From: Eledone cirrhosa
Lineage: Eukaryota
DNA length: 64,000 bases
Direction of reading: 5' to 3'
NCBI GenBank assembly: GCA_964016885.1
Contig: OZ024742.1
Location: 193,998,001 to 194,062,000 of the forward strand
Below, piece after piece: positions 42,800-54,174 of this stretch; the first letter of the stretch is position 1; the number at the start of each line of letters is the position of its first letter. Position numbers and translations under genes: made by a program. The notes beneath the pieces are model-generated. The model saw only the letters and a program-made list of their open reading frames with translations, did no database searches and was not told the origin of the DNA.

Positions 42800-43942
42800 T
42801 AAAATAATTCACTCAAATGTGTAAAATTTTGCTTCGTTTATTATAAATTATAGATATATTGTTATATATATTTCGGTGACAGCCATCATTGGCTGTGACC
42901 TCTTCAGGTAGTCCGAATTGGTGTGGGAAAGCCAGGTACACATGCTGTTGAAGTGTGCTTTACTCCATCAATACATCGATATGTCCAGCTCCTGGTTGTG
43001 TTGTTATTTCTCTGAGGAACTGGAATCATATGGGTTAGAACAAACGGATTTCGCCGTCAGAGGACATGCTCGCATCTGATTGGTCAATTTTGAGAACATT
43101 CCTCAGTCAAAAGTCCGTAGAATTTTTTCTGGGGCAAGACAATCTGTTGTAGATTTTTTTGTGTAAGTACAGCTGACCTCTTCCATTGTGTTTATAGTGG
43201 TAGTGGTTTTAAGGGGTCAGTTGGCAGGTCAGCTTTAGTGTGCTGCTGTTATGTTCAGGAGAATGTGTGTGTGTAGTTTGGCATCTATCCTGCCAGCATT
43301 TCACGTGGTGGGGCGGTGCCAAACAAATAAAAAAATAATAAAATAAAATAAGATGTTGACACTCAGGTTTTTGGTGCTTTACACTCCACGTTAAAACGCA
43401 CCACTCGATGATAGTGTAAGAATTATAATTCTTTACACTCCTCGATTCTGACACACAGGTTTTCTACTTCAGTTAATATGTTTCAAATCTTTCAAATATT
43501 GATATTGGTTGTAACACACACGCATTTTTTATTTTTTATTTTTTTATCTTATTTTATGGAGGAGGTCAGCTGTACTTAAACAAAAACAACTACAACACAT
43601 TGTCTTGCCTCAGAAAAATTTCTATAGACTTTTGACTGAGTAATATTCTCGCAACTGACCAATGAGATGCGAGCGAGTCATATGACGCTAAAATTCGTTT
43701 GTTCTAACCCATATACTCCAGTTCCTCAGTGAAATAACAACACAACCAGGAGCTGGACATATCGATGTATTGATGGAGTAAAACAAACTTCAGCAACATG
43801 TGTACCTATCTTTCCCACACCAATTCGGACTGCCTGAAGAAATCACAGCCAATGATGGCTGTCACCGAAATATATGTAGCGGAATATCTATAATTTATAA
43901 TAAATGAAGCCAAATTTTACATATTTGACTTAATTATTTTAT
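42800..43942. repeat. Inverted repeat, ~385-bp arms (42800-43187 and 43556-43942) with a ~370-bp spacer; HHR motif in each arm
   Basis: Plus copy 43830-43882: CTGC-CTGAAGA-..ACAGCCAatgaTGGCTGT..-GAAA-TATATG-TA|GCGG; minus copy about 42859-42911. An older related copy lies at about 40810-41030. Confidence 0.75.
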
Positions 43943-43963
43943 ATATATATATATGTAAAGTTT

Positions 43964-44063
<100 letters not shown>

Positions 44064-44132
44064 GTGTATAATGGTAGCTATAGGCGGTATGCCAAAATTA
44101 GCACTCGATATTCACCAGAGTAGAGTGTAGAT

Positions 44133-44347
44133 AGTATAAAGAAAACGAAAACTCAGTGATGCATCTGTACTTAATTTATTGCGTGTTACAATTGTTTCGC
44201 CGCCAGGTAGCTCGAGACATGGTCCTTATATGGATCTGGCTGATTCTACTTCTGCAGGTTCTTTCAGACACGGGTATTTCGTTTGGAGCAAATTTTAACA
44301 CGCAATAAATTAAGTACAGATCCATCACTAATTTTTCGTTTTCTTTA

Positions 44348-44352
<5 letters not shown>
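44133..44352. mobile_element. Short element abutting (TA)n: HHR (44182-44272, minus) plus an inverted copy of its downstream sequence
   Basis: CGTGT-CTGAAAGA-(~60 nt)-GAAA-CAATTG-TA|ACACG; arm 44296-44352 is the reverse complement of 44133-44188. Confidence 0.75.
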
Positions 44353-44413
<61 letters not shown>

Positions 44414-44442
44414 AAGAATAGAGGTGTAACACACAAGTTATT

Positions 44443-44816
44443 ATATATTGGTAAACGGAATAGAAAATGCTGACAAATTGTTCACATTTGAAAAATGGTT
44501 TAATTAGGAATAAAAGAGTATTAGTGATCGTATGGGTTAGTATTCAGTTGCGGTTTTAAGTTTTTAAGTTTTTACCGGTTGCGCATTTCTAAATGCTTTT
44601 CAAAAATAATTTTGAGATAGAGTGTCCGAGCAAACAACACGGACACTCTATCTCAAAATTATTTTTGAAAAGCATTTAGAAATGCGCAACCGGTAAAAAC
44701 TTAAAAACTTAAAACCGCAACTGAATACTAACCCATACAATCACTAATACTCTTTTATTCCTAATTAAACCATTTTTCAACTGTGAACAATTTGTCAGCA
44801 TTTTCTATTCCGTTTA

Positions 44817-44886
<70 letters not shown>

Positions 44887-45066
44887 TAAAAGGAAAAGAA
44901 AATGCTGTCAAATTCTTCCCAGTAAAAAATAGTTTAATTAGGAATAAGTAAAAATTAGTAATAAGTATTGGTTAGTATCCAGTTTTAGTTTTATGTTTTT
45001 ACCGGTTGCGCATTTCTAATGCTTTTCAAAAATAATTTTGAGATAGAGCCCGTGCTGTTTGCTCTA
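44443..45066. repeat. ~380-bp palindrome between TA-rich tracts (44443-44825) plus a third diverged arm (44882-45066)
   Basis: Arms pair around ccg-agcaaacaaca-cgg; the third copy shows that the loop is simply the continuation of one arm (fold-back). Confidence 0.85.
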
Positions 45067-45141
45067 ATCTGATTAGTTTTGTAAATTCTACCTTCTTTTA
45101 TGTGAAAAAATGAAAGTAATTAAGTTACTTACTTAAATTTC

Positions 45142-45223
45142 ACTCCAACTAATTAGTTTCTGAAAGGGGTTATGCATAGTCTTCAAATGGAGATCATGGA
45201 GAAACCTTTCTTCATCAGGGAGT
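45142..45223 (-). ncRNA. Type I hammerhead ribozyme with a large loop 2
   Basis: ACTCC-CTGATGA-aGAAAGG...CCTTTCa-GAAA-CTAATTAG-TT|GGAGT; palindromic stem III ACTAATTAGT; GUU site. The 3' half recurs at about 18372-18390. Confidence 0.8.
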
Positions 45224-45606
45224 CATTCTCGGATAAGATTCCTGGCGATGCGCGGACATGGGAAACTTATACAAAAATAATTCAATGGATGGATATGAGC
45301 AAGCGCGGACGAAATTTCAGTAAGTTAATTACAATAATTTTCTTATTTTACGTCTTTCATATAATTATTCTGCATCCCTTTATATTGAACCACAAAGTTA
45401 CTAAGACAAAACATATATATTTTCTAGAGTAAGTATAGATCTGTATAAATATGTTAGTAGATATACTAATTCTTTATAATTATCTCCAAATTAAACAGAA
45501 ATAACAACACATAGTACAGTATATGGAAGGAATATATTACGTTAACGCTTGAAATAGCAGAAAGAGTGTATTAACGTTCCGGACCCTACATATATATAGA
45601 TATATA

Positions 45607-47087
45607 TATTGTTATACTTTGGGAGGGTCATGTTGCCAATAAGAAACACACGCACCAGTTGCTTTCACTTCAATTTATTATAATAAATTTATAAATTTAG
45701 GAATTTATAAATTTCTGGTTGGTTTGTTCCACAACCAGATGGTTGTTTATATATTGTCAAAGTTCTTTCGTCACACATTATGTGACCTCTTCAGTGACTG
45801 GGAATTTGTTTCTTTGTTTTTGTGCCTCTCCTTTGTTCTGTCCTACGCCATCTTGTTTCTGTGTGTGTGTGTTGTGTGCTCAGTCTGCGCATGCGCCACA
45901 TCCGGGTGTCTGTGTGTGTTTATATTCGTTTGTTTATGTGTTTATTTACATGTTACAGGTTGGTTGTTTGTTCTATGTGCATATGTGTTTTCATTTTGTC
46001 CTTAATTGTAAGTTGTTTAATTGTATGTTGCTGTTCCCCTCATGTTTTCTATTTAATTTTGGTTGTAATTATTTTATGTTTATTGCCTCTGTGATTTGTC
46101 TAAACATTGCGTCTTTTCTGTGTGTAGATTCTATTTTTATTTCTATGTTCTCTAATTTACCCTTATGTTCTATTTTAGCATGTTGGTAGAGTACAGATGA
46201 TTCTTTACTATAATGAAGGTCTCGCCAGTGTTCATTTATCCGTTCCCCTACACTGTCTCAACTATGTACACTATATTTTTGTCTCTACATTGTCCTTCAG
46301 TACATCTTATGCTATATACTACATTTCTGGTTTTACAGTTACTATGGGGGCTTAATTTACAGGTTATACATTTCTTATCTATACAGGGGGGGGTTGAAAA
46401 GGGTATGTCTTGCTAATAAGTGTTTTTACGGAGGTACCTGGTCTTTCTACTATCTTAATATTGAGTTTATGTTAATTCACCTCTAGGGTTTGTATCGATG
46501 AACATTACACTCTGGTATGTATTGCTATCATACCATGAGTTTATTCTATTAGCCTTATTCCTAGTTCTTTCTATTCTATTCCAAAATGTGCTCCTATACA
46601 AGAGGCAGGTCCCATTTGTGTCATTATTTACCATTGTTTCCCATTTGGTTCTGGCTACTCTATACACTCTGATTTTATCTCTCTGAATGTAACCAGAGAA
46701 CTGCATACGGTGGATGAAGTGTTGTATGTGTCTCTCTAGTCTTCGAGGTTGCACATGCGGGACACGTTTCTCATCACTCGTACCAAATCCGCAATCAGTA
46801 TGTTGATTTTGGTATGGTCCGGAAAAAGCTGAGTTCCGGTGGATCAGATATGTTACTTAAGGGTTAATTTTATGCTGGACCCCACCGCATGTCACAATCA
46901 TTTTCTTTAGTACATCGTGGTTTTCGGGTTTCCGTATGGCTCTCGTCCACCCTTTCCATCTATCGGTGTGGGTTTTCTTGGCCATTGAGGTAATGGTAGG
47001 TGGTCTTGTCGGGTACAGGTTGCTAAGGTCATATGTGTCTAGGTAATTATTACTATAGGTAAGTTTAAATAGGAGTCCCAGCTCACT
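45607..47087 (-). mobile_element. Inverted, internally deleted arm of PLE family A (HHR at 45756-45798)
   Basis: Reverse complement of about 48295-50240, lacking ~421 bp that includes YVDD. Confidence 0.85.
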
Positions 47088-50000
47088 GAAGACAACAACA
47101 ACAACACACATCAACAACAGCACACATAAACAACAACAACAACAACACACACACACATTCAATGCCTCTCACAACCACCACAATCTTATCAAACACACAT
47201 CCACAGAAAACAGGTAATGACAGTAGCACAGAAATAAGGGAAGGTAATAGGATTGAAAGGAGAAGGGAGACTATGGACAGAGAAAATAACCAAGACGAAC
47301 ACACAGACACACAAAATAGAGTAAATAATAACAATGAGCCAGAGGAAAGAGACAGGAGTAATAATGAGAGACATAGAAACAACCATGAGGCTGTTGGTGG
47401 AAATAGAAATAGAAACAACACAACTAACAATAACAATAGCACTAGTACACATAAAGCAGCAGCCTGGAACTCTACTTTTTATAATCCCTCCGATAAGTCG
47501 TTCGACCTGCAACGAGCCCACGCCACGAATTTACCTTTTAACAAACGCACGCAATTGCCGTCGCAGGTCAATGAACAAACAGAAGCACATTTAGTATAGC
47601 TAGATCTAAACTTAGAAATATTATAGAACAGTATAGCAAGAACCATAATAGAATGGAGGCCCAGCAACTGCGATAAAAATCTGCAAATGGCTTGGAAGCT
47701 CATGCAGCGCTCGCGTAATGGAGAGATAGCATGCTTTCCAACAGACAAGTCTGGCAGAATGTCGGATGACAGTCTGCCAAACTACATCCAGGCAATGCAA
47801 CCCCACATCACTAACACAAACGAAGCAATACTACGAGCGCATGAGGATAGAGAAAAAGCCCTCAATGCCCATATGGTGTTGTGGACAAATATAATGCAGC
47901 CCAACATAAGGTCTGCCAACAACTTCAAGGCCTGGAACAATGACGTGCCAGCGTTGTATGGGCTTCGAAAAGACCATAAAACGGGCAGTGACCCTGTCAC
48001 GGGACCACCAACACGGCCAGTCTGTGGAGCTAACATTGCTAGTAACTACAGACTTTCCTACTTCCTCTCCCTGATCATACGCCCCATCATTGAAATGTCC
48101 CCAGATGTATGTGCCAGCACAGAGGACCTCCTCAGCAGAATCGGCGACAGTAACCGATCTATGGACCTAACAAACTGCATAATAGGTAGTATGGATGTTG
48201 TGTCCCTGTATCCATCTATTGACGTGGATTTTGCTGTGAGGAAATTCGTAGAAATGATCAGTGAGAGCAATTTTTAGTTCCGTGGGATTGATACCAGTGA
48301 GCTCGGACTCCTACTTAAACTTACCTATAGTAATAATTACCTAGACACATATGACATTAGCAACCTGTGCCCGACAAGACCAGCAAGAGGCAGACCACCT
48401 ACCATTACCTCAATGGCCAAGAAAACCCACACCGATAGATGGAAAGGGTGGACCAGAGCCATACGGAAACCCGAAAACCACGATGAACTAAAGAAAATGA
48501 TTGCACATGCGGTGGGGGCCAGAATAAAATTAACCCTTAAGGAACATATGTTCAAATTTAATGGAAAAACATATGCCCAAGAGGAAGAAGCAGCCATTTG
48601 TGTTAGCATTGGAGGCGATATAGCTAACTTATTCATGGTATGGTGGGACAGTAGACTTAAACTTAAACTTAAAGAACAATTAGAAGACCCCTTAACCCTG
48701 ATAATGTACTCCCGCTACGTTGATGATATAAACATCGTAGTTAAAACACCCCCACTAGAGAACAGTCAGGAATTAGAGAAAAACACAATGGAAAGCATCC
48801 AGAAAATAGCTAACTCCATCCACCAGAGTATTAGAGTTACTATAGACTACCTAAGTAAACACCCCAACCATCGATTACCTGTACTAGACACAGAGCTCTG
48901 GTTAAATACCATTAATAACAAAAAAGAAATCCTTCATTCCCATAATGCCAAACCCATGACTTACAAATATCTGATCCACCGAAACTCAGTTGTTTCGGAC
49001 CATACCAAAATCAACATACTGATTGCGGATTTGGTACGGGTGATGAGAAACGTGTCCCGCATGTGCAACCACGAAGAATTAGAGAGACACATACAACACC
49101 TCATCCACCGTATGCAGTTCTCTGCATACAATCAGAGAGATAAAATCAGAGTGTATAGAGGAGCCACAACCAAATGGAAAAAATAGTAAATAATGACACA
49201 AATGGGACCTGCCCCTTGTATAGGAACAAATTTTGGAATAGAATAGAAAGAACTAGGAATAAGGCTAATAGAATAAACTCATGGTATGATAGCAATACAT
49301 ACCAGAGTGTAATGTTCATCGATACAACCCCTAGAGGTGCATTAGCTTACAAATTTAGAAGGGCCCTAGATAAACATAAACTCAATATTAAGATAGTAGA
49401 AAGACCAGGTACCTCCGTAAAAACACTTATTAGCAAGATATACCCGTTTCAAAGAACCCCTGTATAGATAAGAAATGTATAACCTGTAAATTAAGCCCCC
49501 ATATTAACTGTAAAACTAGAAATGTAGTATATAGCATAAGATCTACTGAAGGACAATGTAGAGACGAAAATATAGTGTACATAGGTGAGACAGCTCATAG
49601 TGTAGGGGAACGGATAAATGAAGACTGGCGAGACCTTGAAGATAGTAAAGAAGCATCTGTACTCTACCAACATGCTAAAATAGAACATAAGGGTAAATTA
49701 GTGAACATAGAAATGAAAATAGAATCTACACATAGAAAAGACGCAATGTTTAGACAAATCACAGAGGCAATAAACATAAAAGAATTACAACCAAAATTAA
49801 ATAGAAAACATGAATGGAACAGCAACATCACAACTTACAATTAAGGACAAAATGAAAACACACACGCACATAGAACAAACAACCAACCTGTCACATGTAA
49901 ATAAACAAATAAATAAACGAATATAAACGCACACAGACACCCGGATGTGGCGCATGCGCAGACTGAGCACACAACACACACACAGAAACAAGATGGCGTA

Positions 50001-50294
50001 GGACAGAACACAGGAGAGGCACAAAAACAAAGAAAAGAATCCCCAGTCACTGAAGAGGTCACAGAATGTGTGACGAAAGAACTTTGACAATATATAAACA
50101 ACCATCTGGTTGTGGTACCAACCAACCAACCGGAAATTTATAAATTCCTAAATTTATAAATTTATTATAATAAATTGAAGTGAAAGCAACTGGTGCGTGT
50201 GTTTCTTATTGGCAACATGACCCTCCCAAAGTATAACAATATCGGTTTCAACACACGTTTTCAGATAAAGAATCTTGCTAAACAAATTCAGAAA

Positions 50295-50296
<2 letters not shown>
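47088..50296 (+). mobile_element. Penelope-like retroelement, family A (5'-truncated, disrupted ORF)
   Basis: TDKSGRM, PTRPVCGAN, SMDVVSLYPSI (47687-48277); YSRYVDD (48413-49186); YIGETAHSVGERINE...EAINIKELQPKLN (49575-49844); 3' UTR ends at (TA)n. Confidence 0.92.
50046..50088 (+). ncRNA. Minimal hammerhead ribozyme in the PLE family A pseudo-LTR
   Basis: GTCA-CTGAAGA-gGTCACAgaatgTGTGAC-GAAA-GaaC-TT|TGAC. Confidence 0.8.
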
Positions 50297-50333
<37 letters not shown>

Positions 50334-50593
50334 AATAAGTAAGTGTAACATGGTTGGCTGTACAACAAGGGATTTTGTTTCAGGTATTAACAATTGTTTC
50401 ATTGATCATCTGAGTCTAGAGGCCGCTAATCGCTCGAAGTTGCGTCAATCGACCTCCACTCGATTTCTACGACGCAGACTGCTTACAACCTCTAAGTGGA
50501 TTACCTATAACAATAACTTGTCATCCCATACATATATATATCAGATCATGCTGTCGAAACGACCCAGAGCTCAGCCGTCAGGGTACTGAATCC

Positions 50594-50626
<33 letters not shown>

Positions 50627-51109
50627 ACAGCTTTGTATAAGGGAACAGCAAGGCCATTGAAGCATTAAATATTCAAATGTAAAAAAATATTGATATGTTA
50701 CCATGAAGGTACTTAATTGGTGCTTTAGACTTCTTGAAAGCTCTCCACCTTAGAAAGCATACACAGATTGTTGCGATCGTTGACGAGAGATTTTTGCAGA
50801 AATATAAAGTATTGAATAGCTTTAATTTAATATGTCAGGACTTTTGTTTTACATTATTCTGAATATTGAATTCGTGTAATTTTTTTTAATGTTGGTATCA
50901 TTTTTTTTTTTTTTTTGTAGATTGATGCAAAGAACATTTACTATACATATACTTTAGCACAAAAATTGTGACTTATACATCTAACATATAATTTTCAATT
51001 CCTCGTACGAATATACACACTAAACGTACGTAATATGCCTAATCTAAAGAGACAATACATTTAAACCACGTCATCATGAATATAGCGATTTAGAATTTTT
51101 GACCTTTTT

Positions 51110-51680
51110 CGTCGTCACCACCTTATTCCAGAAAGAGTCGTCGTGGCAGAGTCTTCAGGCATTCCTTCCAGCGGGCCCTGACGGAAGCAACCGTCTCAAA
51201 TCGATCCAGTTGTATCCATAAGCGAGTCTCATGGATGTTAAACATTTTGCTCAATGTCTACCCCTGAGTTTTGAACGTAAAGTCTGTCCAGCGATTCTTT
51301 CTTGAGCCATTTTAACCACATGCACGTAATAACCGAGCTGTGATCCCTCAATTCGGAAACGAAGCGTCTCAATTTGGAGCGACTTTCTGATCTTCGATCT
51401 ACGAAATCTCTCGACTAAGGACCCTTCGGAGGAACCAGATTTCGGTTGCTTGTGAGCGCGATCGTATTCTTTCGGTCATTACTCAAGATTTATGACTATA
51501 ACTAAGGGTTGGCACGAATACAGAATTGAATATAGTGAGTTTGGCTTTTACACCTATCTCGCTTCTGGAGTTGGCGAATTACTCAAACAACTCCTGCAAT
51601 TCTTGCACTTAACTCAGCCTCCTACTTTCCATTACATGTGAACACGGCTCCGAGATACATGAAGTTCTCTACCTGCTCTA
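51110..51680 (-). mobile_element. RTE-like LINE 3' remnant
   Basis: Degenerate RT C-terminal signatures (aagttctctacctg = VENF; QLGYYVHVVKMAQE) resembling RTE ORF ends. Confidence 0.55.
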
Positions 51681-51684
51681 GACA

Positions 51685-51935
51685 AGCCAGAAGGCTTATT
51701 TGGCCGGTGCTTATCCCGGTTTCATGGCGTGAAGCGACTGAGAGTACAAGACTCCCCCCTGGACAGGACGCCAGTCAATCGCAGAGTTAAACCTGCATCT
51801 ATTGCAGGTACACATTTTCAGCTGAATGTACTGGAGCAACATGAATTGAAGTGTTTTGCTCAAGAACACAACACGCAACCGAGGAATCGAACCTAAGACA
51901 TTATGAACACTCCTACCACTAGGACACGTGCCTCC
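51685..51935 (-). mobile_element. tRNA-derived SINE (second family)
   Basis: Minus strand: A-box-like gtcctagtgg, B-box ggttcgattcc, body gtgttcttgagcaaaacactt...ttgctccagt...gactggcgtcctgtccaggg. Confidence 0.8.
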
Positions 51936-52108
51936 ACGTGTATGTATATATATATATATAAATGTGTGTTTGTATTCATATATATATATATGTGTGTGAG
52001 TGTTTGTATATACATATATATGTGGGTGCCTTTGATCTATATACACTGGTCATAGACACACACACATACACACATACACTCACATATATATATATATATA
52101 CAACTCCA

Positions 52109-52140
<32 letters not shown>

Positions 52141-52269
52141 TCCATTTTCCTTCTCTGTCTATTTCTTTCTCCCTCTCTATGTTTATCTCTCAATCTACTC
52201 TCTCGTAACCACTATATCTTTCTCTCTACCCTTCTCTCTCTCTCACTCTCTCTCTCTCTCTCTATGAAG

Positions 52270-52450
52270 GTACCCAAAACACCCTATATCTCGGGAATCC
52301 GTGGTACGATTTAAGCGAAACTTGGTTTATTCTAGTTGGATTCTCATTTCAGGAGCAATTTCCTTTTAAATTATTTTCCCATTATGTGCCCCTTTGGCTG
52401 TATTACATAACAGACAAGCAAGCAATCACAGACTTTTAATAATATATAGA
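52270..52450 (-). mobile_element. Possible non-autonomous Helitron 5' fragment
   Basis: Minus strand begins A|TCTATATATTATTAAAAG followed by gcttgcttgtctgt, like the 5' end at 25366; no 3' end found. Confidence 0.45.
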
Positions 52451-53311
52451 TTAATAAAATATTTACGATATAACAACTTGTCAAAGAGAAAAGAATACAC
52501 ATACTTACGAATTAAAAGAAATCAATTACATCATCAAAGATGGACTTCAATGAATTGAGATGATTAATATTAACATTCAATGCCAGGTACTTCAATGATA
52601 ATGTATCTTATAAAAGTAATTTGTAACTTAATGTTTCTTGGTAACAGTCTCAAGTGTTCTCCGTACTCATTATGGAAGTTTCTCTTAACTATTAATAACC
52701 TTTAATGACGTAACAGAAAATAACAATATCTTGAAGAATGTTCAATTCGAATGTTTATAGTAACTTCATTTGTAGAGAGATTGCTATCAATGGTTACAGT
52801 AAACGTTAATTTTGATGTGATGGAGTAATACGATATCTTACTAGTGGCGTTTCATGCGGCACAGGGCGTAATTTTCAAGTGTGTGCTACATTAAGGCAAT
52901 TTCTACCTGTCTCCTCAGCTTCCCTTATTCAATGAACAATAAGAAATAACACCTAACGTAAAACGTTCCATTGTATTTTTATTTAAAATTGCTTCTAGTA
53001 TCTTCTTGAGATATTCTAATACTTCAAATCCTATAACTTTCGAAAACTTATTAACTGATGTCAGAATACTTGATCTTAACAATATTTATTAACACCTCTA
53101 ACTCAGTTGATAAGATATTAATAGTTATTTTGATAAGATATTAATAGTTAGAAAGCAGCTTGAATTTTTATTATATCTTCAATCCCTTACTATACCACGC
53201 TTTCTTCCTCCAGCCAATTTTAGATTTTCCAAATTACTATATATATACATATATAGAAATTATAGAAATTATAGAAAGTACATGAATCAAAGTTCAGTTT
53301 AAATCATTTAT

Positions 53312-53360
53312 TTGCTTACAATTGTTTCCTCCAAACCGAGGTTTTGTTTCTTCGGAGCAA
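53312..53360 (-). ncRNA. Hammerhead motif with variant core CCGAAGA
   Basis: TTGCT-CCGAAGA-(weak stem II)-GAAA-CAATTG-TA|AGCAA. Confidence 0.6.
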
Positions 53361-53534
53361 CTATTTAGTGATTTTTACATACTTGACCTCCTTATCAACA
53401 CAAGAGACATATAAAAAGATATGTATATAGTGACCCACAGTGGGTTGACATCCATCATAATAATATAATAATATGGCAATTTACATACATTCATATTAAA
53501 GGACAAAATTAAAGTTAAAATTAAAATTAAAATA

Positions 53535-53801
53535 AATAATAAATAATAAAAATAAAAATAAAAGTAAAAATAAAAATAAAAATAAAAATAAAAATAAAAA
53601 TAAAAATAAAAATAAAAATAAAAATAAAAATAAAAATAAAAATAAAAATAAAAATAAAAATAAAAATAAAAATAAAAATAAAAATAAAAATAAAAATAAA
53701 AATAAAAATAAAAATAAAAATAAAAATAAAAATAAAAATAAAAATAAAAATAAAAATAAAAATAAAAATAAATAAAAATAAAAATAAAAATAAAAATAAA
53801 A
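53535..53801. repeat. (AAAAAT)n microsatellite
   Basis: Direct reading. Confidence 0.95.
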
Positions 53802-53980
53802 CATTGGCAAAAATGTCTATATAACTGCTCTGTAAAACAACTGATGTTATTACATTGAGCTATTTATCTTACTGGTAATAAGATAGTAATGAATTACTGT
53901 CTTTCAATATTTAGGGTTTAAAATATATATAACTATATAAGGTTTTATTATATACATAACCATAAATAGTATCCTTAATA

Positions 53981-54122
<142 letters not shown>

Positions 54123-54174
54123 AAATATGATAATAATGGAGCTGCGGCGTTGCAAATGGGATATATATATATAT

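Noticed and set aside
50389-50412. Minus-strand CAGATGA-TCAAT-GAAA-CAATTG-TT motif
   Set aside because: No stem I or stem II pairing; at most a decayed HHR.
52838-52872. Minus-strand CTAG|T as a Helitron 3' end
   Set aside because: No convincing subterminal hairpin and no matching 5' end upstream.
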